From positions 11,054 to 75,053 of IMG/VR virus record IMGVR_UViG_2765236019_000001: DNA of 64,000 bases; one strand, written 5' to 3'. Position 1 is the first letter of the stretch; each line of letters begins with the position of its first letter. Shown piece after piece: positions 27,004 to 36,584 of the stretch. This DNA is from a virus (taxonomy: Duplodnaviria; Caudoviricetes). A model generated the notes under the pieces. That model had not been told where the DNA came from. It ran no database searches and saw only the letters and a program-made list of their open reading frames with translations. The translations under genes were made by a program, and so were the position numbers.

Positions 27004-28517
27004 CAGAATCCTCCGTCGGTGACGAGGTACAGGTCGCCCGGCACGGGGATTTCCCAGTCGCGGCACAGGATGTCCTGGGCGCCGGTCTGCACGCCGTCGG
27101 CCCTGGCGAAGAGCGGGACCTTCACGTATTCGACGCCGGGCAGGGAGTCGAGCATTCGGTAGACACGGGAGATGGGAATCGTCTGCCCGAAGGCGCTGCG
27201 TGCGTCGGAGAGCAGCTCTTGCAGCGCGCGCCTGCCTGCCCGCGCGACGTCGGCGGCACGGTGGTTGGGGTACAGGCCCAGGATGATCGGGCTGGCTTCG
27301 CTGCCCATGTTGACGCGGACGAGGTCGCCTGGGGCGACCGTGACGCGTACTCCGGCGACGGCTCGCTGCTGGAGGTAGCGCTCCACGCGGTCCAGCAGCT
27401 CCAGGGCCGGGGTGGCGTTGGCGGCGCCGACGACGCGGACGGTGACGGAGGTGGTCTGGGTCGCCAATGCCTTGGCCTTGGCGATGCCGGGCACGGCCAG
27501 GGCGAGGTCGGCGTAGTCGCGTAGCGAGACCGCGCGGTCCTGCGTGCGATGGGCTCTGGGTGCGTTGGTGCGGATCGATTCCAGCGATTCGGCATCCCGG
27601 CCGCCGGTCATGGCGCTGCTGGTGGCGATGTAGACGCCAGGCAGCGCATCTGCGATGTCGATGAGTTGGTTGGCGGAGATGTTGCCGACAGTGCCGCCTC
27701 CGGTGCGGTACGCGGCGTGCAGGGCCTGCCCTGCGGCGGGGACGGCACCGGCCAGGCCGTCGCCCAGGACGATGATGGTCTGGCCATCGGCGGCGGTGTG
27801 TACCTCAAACACCAGGTCAGTGGGGCCGCATTCCAGGAGGCTGTCGACGCGGCGCCAGGGCACGGCGTCCTGGGCGGTGGAGACGTACAGGCGGATGCTG
27901 TCGTGCAGGGCGGGGCCCTCGGCAAGCACCAGGCGCTGCTCCGGCCGCCCGGTGGAGGTGCCCAGGGCCTCGGTGAGGATCTCCTGCTGCTGCGGTGTGT
28001 CCCGGGCGATCAGCAGCGGTGTGATCCCTGCGGTTTGGCCCTCAGTCACCGGGATGCTGGCTGAGCCTCCGGCTGCGGCCAGGGTGACGGCGGTGGTCGT
28101 CTCGTAGATCAGCGGACGGTCCAGGGCGTCGATGAACGCGGTTGTGATCTTGGTGCCCGCAGGGACGGTCACGGCAGTGGCCTGACTCGCCTCGGTTGCC
28201 AGGACCACGGTGCCTGCGGCGGCCGTTGCCACATCGGGGGTGTAGCCGAGCATCCGCGCCAGGTCCATGATGGACTCCCGGCGCGTTGCCGTCGGCAAGA
28301 ACGCCTCGCGGCTGGCCGCATCGAGGTAGTAAGAGAGGATGTCACCGAGATAGGCGATTTCCTCGATCAGCGTGACGCCGAAATCAGCGGTCGCGCGGCC
28401 GGTCCATTGGGGAAATACCTGCGTGGCGTGATCGAGCATTGCTGCGCGCAGGCTCGCGAAATCCCGGGCGGTGTAGTCGATGACGGCAGGGACAGCTGCG
28501 CTGGTCTGTTCCGCCAC
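27003..28517 (-). CDS. Baseplate J/gp47 protein
   Basis: IDYTARDF, DFGVTLIE, LARMLGY, GGRDAES, RAVS..DY. Confidence 0.92.
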   Translation of the reverse strand: MAEQTSAAVPAVIDYTARDFASLRAAMLDHATQVFPQWTGRATADFGVTLIEEIAYLGDILSYYLDAASREAFLPTATRRESIMDLARMLGYTPDVATAAAGTVVLATEASQATAVTVPAGTKITTAFIDALDRPLIYETTTAVTLAAAGGSASIPVTEGQTAGITPLLIARDTPQQQEILTEALGTSTGRPEQRLVLAEGPALHDSIRLYVSTAQDAVPWRRVDSLLECGPTDLVFEVHTAADGQTIIVLGDGLAGAVPAAGQALHAAYRTGGGTVGNISANQLIDIADALPGVYIATSSAMTGGRDAESLESIRTNAPRAHRTQDRAVSLRDYADLALAVPGIAKAKALATQTTSVTVRVVGAANATPALELLDRVERYLQQRAVAGVRVTVAPGDLVRVNMGSEASPIILGLYPNHRAADVARAGRRALQELLSDARSAFGQTIPISRVYRMLDSLPGVEYVKVPLFARADGVQTGAQDILCRDWEIPVPGDLYLVTDGGF

Positions 28518-28554
28518 GAAGACTCCTGTCAATGATCGTCATTTCGACATGCCC

Positions 28555-28584
28555 ATTTTGTGCCAGGGCCTGGGTGTTGTATTA
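28555..28584 (-). promoter_or_regulatory. Variant phage promoter TAAT-N20-CAAAAT
   Basis: One-mismatch motif upstream of baseplate J. Confidence 0.45.
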
Positions 28585-28983
28585 GTAGGTGTCGACCCGG
28601 CCACCCGGTCGGACAACGATTTCCTGGGGATAGGTGACAGTTTCTGGGCTTGCATTGGTGGTGCCGATATCCACCAGCACGTCCACGATTCCCTCCGCGT
28701 CGTCGTTGACGACAGGCCGAGCTGCGGAGACAACGGCTCCCGGCTCCCAACGAGCGACCGCGTCCTGTACCGCATGCCGGAGCGCCTCTTGTGTGACCGG
28801 GTCGTTCGGCGCGAACAGGAAGGGCCGCAGGTCCGTGCCGAATTCGGGCTGCATGACGCGCTCAGATGGCGCGGTAGCCACCACGGCACGCACCCGCTGC
28901 GCTGTCTGCCGGTCGGGGTTGGTGACGCTGGCGATTCGGCCGGAGGCGTCCACGGCGAAGGGGATGGCGAGCTGTTCAGACAT
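28582..28983 (-). CDS. gp25/GPW baseplate wedge protein
   Basis: IPF, T.PSERVMQPEFGT, RWEP. Confidence 0.9.
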   Translation of the reverse strand: MSEQLAIPFAVDASGRIASVTNPDRQTAQRVRAVVATAPSERVMQPEFGTDLRPFLFAPNDPVTQEALRHAVQDAVARWEPGAVVSAARPVVNDDAEGIVDVLVDIGTTNASPETVTYPQEIVVRPGGRVDTY

Positions 28984-31099
28984 TGTCGTATCTCCCGTTG
29001 AGCGTGGGTCCCTTGTACTCGATGGACATACGGATATTCGTTGCCGTCCCGGTCTGCCCAGCACGTAGCGCCAGCGTGATGCGTGATCCGGATTTCAGTG
29101 AGGCAAGCACTGTTCCGGTGGCCCCTTGCGCCACCGATGAGACCGATTCCTGAGACCAGATCCGGAATTCCGTGCCGCCAGCGTTCACCCACATTCGGTT
29201 CTGGGTGAGCGACTGGCCCCAGCGGCAGCTCACACTGATCTGGTACAGTCCGTCTCGGGTGGTATAGATTCCCATGGTGTCCTGCGAGGCGAACATTCCT
29301 GTGTCCGTCTGGGCCAGCACAGATTCCCAGGCGATGTCGGATGATGTCGGCGATAGGGCGAAACTATCTGTCTGGGTAACGATGTAAGGCCGCTTTTCTG
29401 CGACGGTCATCCACCGCCCGTTAATGCGCACCTGCGCGATTTCAGCGTCATTGAGGATGTAGAGATCGCCGTCGGCCGGATTGAGGACGTCACGTACCGC
29501 AGTAGAGGCCACGGCACGGATCCGTGCGGTGTGCTCGGGGAGGGTGCCGGGCCGTGCGGCGTTGCCCGGACGGACTGGTTCGACGGCCAACTGGCCCCCC
29601 GCGATGACGGCGAGCTGCTCGCCGTTGGGGTATGTCGAGTTGGCGTTGCACCAGTAGCGGGGGGTGATGGTGACGGTGGAGCCCGGAGTCAGCCCCTGGA
29701 GGAGATGGCGTTTCGTCGCAGCCAGTCCCCATGTTTTGCCGGAGATGGTCACGGCCTGCTGGAGTCCGTCACCGCTCCATTCGTAGTCCCCGCTGACGGA
29801 CCAGCCCAGGCGCATCTCGGCCGTGTCGGAGACCTGGTTCCACAGGGTGGCACCGATGCTGACCAGGAGGCTGCCGGTGGCGGGCACGGTGGTGGTGATG
29901 GGGGCCCAGTCTGTGGGGGCGTAATCGGTCCAGGTGCTGGTGGCGGCGTACCGGGGGGCGGGATACGTCAGCAGTGTCTGCTGGACACGGGTGTCCTCCC
30001 CCTCGACCACCGGCTCGACGGCAAGCTGTCCAGACTGCGCCACGAAGGTCGTCACGGTGGTGCTGCTGTCTGTGCCATACACCGGGGTGATGCGCACAAC
30101 CTCGCCTGGCACAAGGCCAGTTATAAGCGTGCGCCGGGTGGCGGCGGAGACCGCGGAGGCGTTCACGCTGGTGATTTGTTTGTACAGGTGGGACCAGGTG
30201 TCTTTCCACCCGGTGCTGCCGCTGAGCACCCAGGAGTACCACAGGTCATCGCCGACGGTGGCTGACGCCGGGGCGATCTTCCCGGAGATGGACACCCACA
30301 TTTTCCCGGACGCTGGGACCACCGCGCGGATGCCCGCGAGATCGTCAACGGGGAACGGCGTGTAGGACGAGGCCAGGTATTTAGGCTGCCGGGACTGGTC
30401 GGTGGTCACCGGCATCACCGTCGCCGCAGGAACAGGCTCGACGACCATCTGGCCACCGGAGATGATGCGGGGCACGTACGCGGCGTCAATGTTCGCATGG
30501 GAATAGGCGGGCCGAATCTGCACACGGTGTCCCGGCGGCAGTCCCTGCACCAGATGCCGACGCGTAGCCGCGATAGTCCCCGCCTCATCAACGCCCGGCA
30601 CTCCGCCCTGACGATGCAGGCTCACTCGACCGGTGTCGACGTACAGGTAGGCGCGGGTGTCCAGGTCGTAGACGCCCCAGGAGATCGCACACTGCGCACC
30701 CGGCCGACCCCCCGGATTCAACCGGGCTGACAGGGAGACGAAAAAGGCACCCGACTCCGGCACGACGGTATTGATGAACGGCCACTGAGCCTCGTCCCAG
30801 AGGTAGAAACTGGTGCCGTTCAAGGGCCGGGGGGCAAGGCGCTGGGCGGATACCAGTGGCTCAATCGGCTCGTAGTCGCGCTCCACTACGTCCGGGTCGG
30901 CTACGTAGACCGGGCGGGCCTCATCGCCTCCCTGATACGTGACCCACACCAGCTCGCCCACGGCCGGGACGCGCCCGCGCACCGCAGGCTCCGCCCACAG
31001 GGTCAGGGCCTCTCCGGAGACCTGGGGCACCTGAAGGCGGACGCGTCCTCGCAACTGCGGGTCGGTCGTGCTGGCCACGACCGCCTGGTACGTGCTCAT
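28976..31099 (-). CDS. gp5/gpV-like spike OB-fold fused to three internal repeats and a C1q-like domain
   Basis: DPQLRGRVRLQVP..WA...P.VGELVWV.Y.GGD..RPV; three repeats each ending GQ(M/L).VEPV. Confidence 0.82.
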   Translation of the reverse strand: MSTYQAVVASTTDPQLRGRVRLQVPQVSGEALTLWAEPAVRGRVPAVGELVWVTYQGGDEARPVYVADPDVVERDYEPIEPLVSAQRLAPRPLNGTSFYLWDEAQWPFINTVVPESGAFFVSLSARLNPGGRPGAQCAISWGVYDLDTRAYLYVDTGRVSLHRQGGVPGVDEAGTIAATRRHLVQGLPPGHRVQIRPAYSHANIDAAYVPRIISGGQMVVEPVPAATVMPVTTDQSRQPKYLASSYTPFPVDDLAGIRAVVPASGKMWVSISGKIAPASATVGDDLWYSWVLSGSTGWKDTWSHLYKQITSVNASAVSAATRRTLITGLVPGEVVRITPVYGTDSSTTVTTFVAQSGQLAVEPVVEGEDTRVQQTLLTYPAPRYAATSTWTDYAPTDWAPITTTVPATGSLLVSIGATLWNQVSDTAEMRLGWSVSGDYEWSGDGLQQAVTISGKTWGLAATKRHLLQGLTPGSTVTITPRYWCNANSTYPNGEQLAVIAGGQLAVEPVRPGNAARPGTLPEHTARIRAVASTAVRDVLNPADGDLYILNDAEIAQVRINGRWMTVAEKRPYIVTQTDSFALSPTSSDIAWESVLAQTDTGMFASQDTMGIYTTRDGLYQISVSCRWGQSLTQNRMWVNAGGTEFRIWSQESVSSVAQGATGTVLASLKSGSRITLALRAGQTGTATNIRMSIEYKGPTLNGRYDNV

Positions 31100-32271
31100 G
31101 CTGCGCCTCCGATGTACTGGGCGCACCAGCGCTGCTCGGACAGGACGGTGCTGGCGGGTTGAGGCAGGGGCAGCCGGTGCGCATCCAGGCCGTCGGGCCG
31201 GTTGCGGCCCAGCACGAGATCGGTGACGTAGGTGCGCTGAGAGGGTTGGGTGGGATGGAGGGTCAGGCGATGACTGACCTGGCGGATCATCCACGTACCC
31301 ACCGTGTGCGGACCAAGGCCCGCTCCTTGGAGCCAGATCTCGGTGCCGACCTTGAGCCGGGCGTCCCCCCGTACGCTGGCGTTTGCCGATACCCACAGTG
31401 CGGAGGCGGCGGAAGCGGCGCTCACGCGTTCCTCGGCCTCGGCGCGGGAGTCGGCGGGGAGCGCCGTGGCGTATGTCCGGTGCGCCGCTGTGGCGGAGCG
31501 GGCGTCGACGCTGCGGGACAGGTGCCGGGTATGGCGGTTGTAGGCATACCCCTCGATCCGAGTGCGGCGGCCACCGCCGGGCTCCAGCTCGCCGTGGAGG
31601 GCGTCGAAGGCATAGATGGTGTCGTGCAGGCCCGGCAGCTTGGTCAGGTGGGCTGAGGGGATTGCCTGGCCCCGGCGCAGGGTGGCCAGCGGGGAGGTGA
31701 GGTAGACGGTAGTGGCATCGGCGACCAGCCGCAGGCCGTACTCCTGGGCCAGGTCGCGCAGGAACGCGAAGTCGCTCTGGGCTGACTGCATCTTGGTCAG
31801 GCGTGTCGGCGTTCGCTCGGTGACGCAGGCCAGCTGGTAGTGGCGGCATACGCTGCGGGCGAGAGCGGAGGCGCTCGACATCTGCCAGGCGAGACTGCGC
31901 TGGGACTGCATGGTGGTGGTCGGGCCAGTGAGCGTGTAGGTGACGGTGACCTCGCTGTTGCGCTGGAGGCGGGCGTCGTCCTGGCCGGTGGTGATGCGGT
32001 AGGAGTGGACGTACCCATAGAGGTCTGCCTGTTGGTGTGGCCCGGAGCCGTAGCGCAAGTGCATCGGCGTACCCTCTGGCTGCACGATGCCGGAGGAGAG
32101 GGCCCAGCTGCGGATGCTGTCCGTGCGGGGCACGCTGATGCGTATGGAAATCTCCGCCACCTCGTGCGTGGCCTCGGCCTGGTGCACGGAGATGTGGGTG
32201 ATGTAGTGGCGGCTGGTGGGTACGTTTGGATAGATGATGCGTGCGTGGGGCGCAAATTCCTTAATCGGCAT
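31096..32271 (-). CDS. Baseplate hub (GPD/gp27-like)
   Basis: QSDFAFLRDLAQEYG, GDARLKVG, G.W....VSH. Confidence 0.85.
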   Translation of the reverse strand: MPIKEFAPHARIIYPNVPTSRHYITHISVHQAEATHEVAEISIRISVPRTDSIRSWALSSGIVQPEGTPMHLRYGSGPHQQADLYGYVHSYRITTGQDDARLQRNSEVTVTYTLTGPTTTMQSQRSLAWQMSSASALARSVCRHYQLACVTERTPTRLTKMQSAQSDFAFLRDLAQEYGLRLVADATTVYLTSPLATLRRGQAIPSAHLTKLPGLHDTIYAFDALHGELEPGGGRRTRIEGYAYNRHTRHLSRSVDARSATAAHRTYATALPADSRAEAEERVSAASAASALWVSANASVRGDARLKVGTEIWLQGAGLGPHTVGTWMIRQVSHRLTLHPTQPSQRTYVTDLVLGRNRPDGLDAHRLPLPQPASTVLSEQRWCAQYIGGAA

Positions 32272-32539
32272 GAGGAATCCTGATAGCAGTTCCGGGCGCT
32301 ATTTCTGTCCAGTCCAGGATTTCCGGGTTGACCTCAGCGATGCGCCACCATTGCGTGGGGTCGCGATAGAACTCGGTAGCCACGGTGTCCACGCGATCAC
32401 CGTCCTGCCACCGGTAGGAAATTGCACGCACGCGCAGTGTTTTCGGTGGGGCTGGGCCGAGGACCTGGCGCGTGGCTCCCGCAGCATCAGTGACGATCTC
32501 GACTGGGTGGTCTGCATAGCGGGAGCCACTGTTGATCAT
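32261..32539 (-). CDS. LysM/tail-X-like baseplate protein
   Basis: SRY, GDRVD..A..Y.DP..WW.IA..NP, PG..IRIP. Confidence 0.82.
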   Translation of the reverse strand: MINSGSRYADHPVEIVTDAAGATRQVLGPAPPKTLRVRAISYRWQDGDRVDTVATEFYRDPTQWWRIAEVNPEILDWTEIAPGTAIRIPHAD

Positions 32540-32546
32540 GTTTCTC

Positions 32547-33260
32547 CTATTTCGGCTGAGGGAGCCCTGTCATCGTAATGCTGAGCGACAGGCGTTGAGT
32601 AGTCATGTCCTGTGTCCAGTGCACCCATTGGATCTCGATATTGCTGATGTACCCGTAGTAAAAGAGGGCCCGGTCCTGGCCTCCGAAAAACGCGGTGCAC
32701 GGCCGCATCTGCATCGGACCGGTCACCGTCTCAGGGACGTCTGACGTATCCGGTGAGGGCGCACTGTCCGGATCACTGCTCGACCCGGCCGAACCGCCCG
32801 TTCTGGAAACTGAGTTGATCCCGACCAGGTTGTACAGCGCATTCACGTCGTACATCACGCCATACCTGGACTGTGGGGTGTCCCGCCTGGCGAGGACGTC
32901 ATACGTCCGGTCGTAGAAGAGGCTGAAAGAGCAGGAGGAGTTGATTGGCAGCAGCGCGGTCCCGGTATCCGACTCAGCGCGCTGCCAATCCGCCGGAGTA
33001 AGGTTGGCCTGGTCCAGTCCATGGCTCATCGACACCGTGGACGGGTTGTAGTGGAATTTGAGGTAGTACGGCTTTTCCTTCTTGGGAAGCCCACGGGTGT
33101 CGCTGACAATGTAGCCCTGCGGAAAGGTTAGGTAGTCGTCCTGGCCGCTGCCAACTCCCCCGCCCCACCAGCCGATTCCTCCCGCCGGGAGCTGGCGAGG
33201 GTCTACCGCCCCGTTGCTGTGCTGACGAGCATCCAGCTCTTTGTGAATACGAGAGAACAC
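32547..33260 (-). CDS. Tail tube initiator-like protein
   Basis: FHYNPSTV, F.L.YDRT, YGYI; position after tape measure. Confidence 0.7.
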   Translation of the reverse strand: MFSRIHKELDARQHSNGAVDPRQLPAGGIGWWGGGVGSGQDDYLTFPQGYIVSDTRGLPKKEKPYYLKFHYNPSTVSMSHGLDQANLTPADWQRAESDTGTALLPINSSCSFSLFYDRTYDVLARRDTPQSRYGVMYDVNALYNLVGINSVSRTGGSAGSSSDPDSAPSPDTSDVPETVTGPMQMRPCTAFFGGQDRALFYYGYISNIEIQWVHWTQDMTTQRLSLSITMTGLPQPK

Positions 33261-36200
33261 TAGACGCCCATCCCGATCTCCCTGATGCGCTTGTCGGCGG
33301 CAATCGCATCGACGATTTGTCTTCCCGCCTGCATGGCCGTACTGCTGCTCATCGCACCCTGCACGGTGATGCTGATCGACCCGGGCCCGAACTGCACTGT
33401 CACTCCCCCACCTGAGTTGGATGCCCGCTTCGGGCCTTCAAGCGCCGCGGCCGTGGTGGACCGCACGGGAATGGACTGCTGCATCAGCGCGTTGCGGATT
33501 GTCTGTGCGGTGCCTTTCGGCAGGATCATCTCGCCCTTGTGCACCTGGGCGATCTCGTCCTCCGGCAGATCCCACGCGCCCACGGCGTACCCCTTGGGCG
33601 GCCGGTCCGGGTCGGCCTGCTGGACCTTGCCGATGCTGCCGTAGCGCGCCTTGATCCAACCGATGGCGGCAGCAGTCGACGCTGCGGGGTCCGTACGGTC
33701 ATTCGGCAATGACTTGGCGCGGTACGCCGCGAACGTCGACCCGATGACCTGGAACAGCCCCACCGAGGGGTCGCCATGCTGGGCATTGGCATCCCAGTCG
33801 TTGCGGGCATCCTTCCGGTAGCCCGACTCCCGGTAGGCGATGGTTGTCAAACCCCGTGCCCAGGCCGCCCCGGAGACCCCCTTGGCGGCCATGCCACGCT
33901 GAATCGCAGCCCTGACCCAGCCCGGCGGCGGTGGGACCTTCGTGTACCGCCCGTTGATGGCCCCCCAGGAGTACCCTCCGGAATCCGCAGCGGCACCGGC
34001 ATCTTCACTTCCGGACCCGCCTTTCTTGGACGCCCCGGAGCCGGATGGGCCGCGACCACCGGAAAACAGGGACGCGGCCAGCGCCTCGATTTCGCTGACG
34101 CTTCCATAGGCGTTCGTGATAGCCCCGGTCGTGCTGGCTCCGGTGGCCGCCGGATTGTCGTTCCCCGCGCCTGCTTCAGCAGACGTCGATCCCGGCTCGT
34201 CGGAGGCAAAGGTGTCCCCGGCACCGGAGACGACCCGGCGGACCGCTATGTACCGCCCGAAACGGTCCTCGGAGTCAACGCGGATTTTCTGCCCCGTGCG
34301 CGGCGCATGCACGATTTTCCCGTTGCCGAGATACATCACCACATGTCCCGAATTCGGGAACATCAGGTCGCCAGGCTTGCGGTCCTCAAACGCGACGCCC
34401 TTACCCGCCTTCAGCTGCTCGTACGTTGTACGCCCCAGCCGGACACCGACCTTACTGAAGGCATACTGCATCAGCGAACTACAGTCGAATCCAACCGTTT
34501 TCGCACCCTGAGCAAATCCCCGAGACGGTCCCTCCGGCCCCCCGCCGCCCCACGAATAATCGACACCGATCTGGGACAGCGCCGCCTTGATTGCGGGATT
34601 TGCGCTGCCCTGATGCAGATTCGCCCGGGTCTTCGCGCCGCCCCCGGAGCCCCCCGATGCTCCCCCGCCAGTGGAACCACCACCAGATGCACCGCCGCCG
34701 ATGAGACCGCCGATGCCACCAATAACGCCACCGGCCACCGCCCCTACTCCGGTACCGAGCCCGGGTATGACGCTTCCGGCCGCGGCACCAGTAAGAACGC
34801 CTAGCCCGGCGCCCTTCAGAGCCCCCGTCAGGCGCCCGCCACTGCCCGCGTCCACACCCTGGTATCCGCCCACGGTCTGCTTGACGCCAGGCAGCTCCAG
34901 AATGGCGTTCAACGCCTCTTTGAAATCAATGACGGCATCGGTGGCCGACTGCATAGCCGGACCGAACGCGTCCATCATCTGCGAGTCGTGACGCCGCTCC
35001 TCCCCCTCCTTCCGCTTCTTCTGATTGAGGAGATTGTCGACGTCCAGGCCGCCCTTTTGCAGCTTCCGGCGAGCGTCCTCCGCTTTGTCTCCCGTACCGC
35101 CCGCATCGCGCAGCAGCTGCTCGTAATCGGCCACCGACCCGCCAGTCTGCTCCCGCCAACGCGCTTGGGACTGAATCTGGGTGAGACGATTCTCCACCCA
35201 CTCCTGCCCCAACCCGAGTTGCCGTGCCTGCGCCTCCAGCGTGGTGCGCAGCGACCCGCCCTGCTCGGACGCCGCCAGGACGTTCTTCAACCGGTAGCCG
35301 CGCTGGAACACCCTGTCCAAGATGTTCTGATTGAGCTGGCCCTGCGATAGCCGCTTGCCTCCCGCTCCGATGGTCGGGCCGAGCCCCATCACCTGGTAGA
35401 GCATGGACGCCTGCGGCGTGTACATCGCCGTCATCATCCGCGCGGAATCCGCCACACCCATCGTCGGGTCCAGCAGCGCATACCCCGACGCCTGCTGATG
35501 CAGCAGACGCCGCTCCACCTCGCTGCGCCCCATGCCAAGACGCCGGTCGACCTCGAACAAGCCGCTGTTGAGGTCTTCTGTTGACAGCGCGGTCGACGAC
35601 TGCATCGCCGCATTGCGGAGTCGGTTCTTCTCCGACCAGTAGCCGGACTTCGGGTCGCCCCACGTGCTGTACGCGAACGCGGCGTAGCGATCCATCTCGT
35701 ACGCCTGGTCCGTCATGTGGTCGACGCGCGACCGTATCTTCCCCGCGCCCCAGGACACCGCGCGCCCGGCGAGTTGCCCCAGTCCAAATGCCAGGCGCGG
35801 TGTGTCGATGGCCCTTCCAGCGCCGTCGGGCTGTCCGGCGCCCGCGGTCGGCGGATACGTCGGGCGAGGCGGAATGGCGCCTGCGCCACCGAGCCGGGCC
35901 GTCACCCGGGCACGCGCACTGGCGTCCGCCCGCTCCCGGTCCTGCCGCGCCCGTTCCTGGGCCTGGCGCATCGCCTGCTGCTGAGCCTCAGCGGCGGCGG
36001 CCCGCCGGGCGTTGGACTCCAGGCGGTCACGGTGCGCCTGGTCCCGCTGGCGACGACGTTCCTCCTCCTGCTGACGGCGCAGGTCAGCCGCCCGGAGAGT
36101 CGCCTCATTCTGCTGGGCCCGGCGAGCCTCCATACGCTGCCGCATGATGGCTGCCGCCTGCTGGGTCGCTGTGGCCCCAGAGCCGGGCAGAGAGCTGGTC

Positions 36201-36421
36201 TGTGCAGTTCCGGCCGGGCTCGGCTGATTCGCGGAGGGAAATCCCCCCCAGCCCATGCCGGACCCCACTCCGGTCGGCGTCATCCCGCTGAGCGCGCGAT
36301 TCAGGCGGCCGATGTTGGTTCCCAGTGTTTTGATCTGGCGCTCCAGATCATCGACCTCGTGCTCCAGCCGGTTCACGCCGAGCAAGCGCCCAGCGATATT
36401 GGGCTCTCTACTGGACGCCAT
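33260..36421 (-). CDS. Tape measure protein with NlpC/P60 peptidase and lytic transglycosylase domains
   Basis: YSWGG, FDCSSL, PGDL, GHV (NlpC/P60); RESG, GLFQ, ARYG (SLT). Confidence 0.88.
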   Translation of the reverse strand: MASSREPNIAGRLLGVNRLEHEVDDLERQIKTLGTNIGRLNRALSGMTPTGVGSGMGWGGFPSANQPSPAGTAQTSSLPGSGATATQQAAAIMRQRMEARRAQQNEATLRAADLRRQQEEERRRQRDQAHRDRLESNARRAAAAEAQQQAMRQAQERARQDRERADASARARVTARLGGAGAIPPRPTYPPTAGAGQPDGAGRAIDTPRLAFGLGQLAGRAVSWGAGKIRSRVDHMTDQAYEMDRYAAFAYSTWGDPKSGYWSEKNRLRNAAMQSSTALSTEDLNSGLFEVDRRLGMGRSEVERRLLHQQASGYALLDPTMGVADSARMMTAMYTPQASMLYQVMGLGPTIGAGGKRLSQGQLNQNILDRVFQRGYRLKNVLAASEQGGSLRTTLEAQARQLGLGQEWVENRLTQIQSQARWREQTGGSVADYEQLLRDAGGTGDKAEDARRKLQKGGLDVDNLLNQKKRKEGEERRHDSQMMDAFGPAMQSATDAVIDFKEALNAILELPGVKQTVGGYQGVDAGSGGRLTGALKGAGLGVLTGAAAGSVIPGLGTGVGAVAGGVIGGIGGLIGGGASGGGSTGGGASGGSGGGAKTRANLHQGSANPAIKAALSQIGVDYSWGGGGPEGPSRGFAQGAKTVGFDCSSLMQYAFSKVGVRLGRTTYEQLKAGKGVAFEDRKPGDLMFPNSGHVVMYLGNGKIVHAPRTGQKIRVDSEDRFGRYIAVRRVVSGAGDTFASDEPGSTSAEAGAGNDNPAATGASTTGAITNAYGSVSEIEALAASLFSGGRGPSGSGASKKGGSGSEDAGAAADSGGYSWGAINGRYTKVPPPPGWVRAAIQRGMAAKGVSGAAWARGLTTIAYRESGYRKDARNDWDANAQHGDPSVGLFQVIGSTFAAYRAKSLPNDRTDPAASTAAAIGWIKARYGSIGKVQQADPDRPPKGYAVGAWDLPEDEIAQVHKGEMILPKGTAQTIRNALMQQSIPVRSTTAAALEGPKRASNSGGGVTVQFGPGSISITVQGAMSSSTAMQAGRQIVDAIAADKRIREIGMGV

Positions 36422-36584
36422 GCAGTGCCTCCTTCCGCTCCTTGTGCCACAGCGCGAGGTCTCGCCAGTAATGACGCTCGCGGACCGTCAGAGCCTTGAT
36501 CTCGCTCGGTGGCCAGCGATAGGCGAAAACCAGCGATTCGATGTCGAGAAGTGTGGCCTCGATGTCACAGGTCCAGAAACGCAT
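36408..36584 (-). CDS. Small tail assembly chaperone (DUF6760-like)
   Basis: Y.W...EI..L..RER..W; lies between chaperone and tape measure. Confidence 0.7.
   Translation of the reverse strand: MRFWTCDIEATLLDIESLVFAYRWPPSEIKALTVRERHYWRDLALWHKERKEALHGVQ

Noticed and set aside
26168-31849. Long N-terminal extensions of the 1043 aa and 957 aa ORFs
   Set aside because: They overlap genuine upstream genes in another frame; better starts with RBS or overlap at 26167 and 31099
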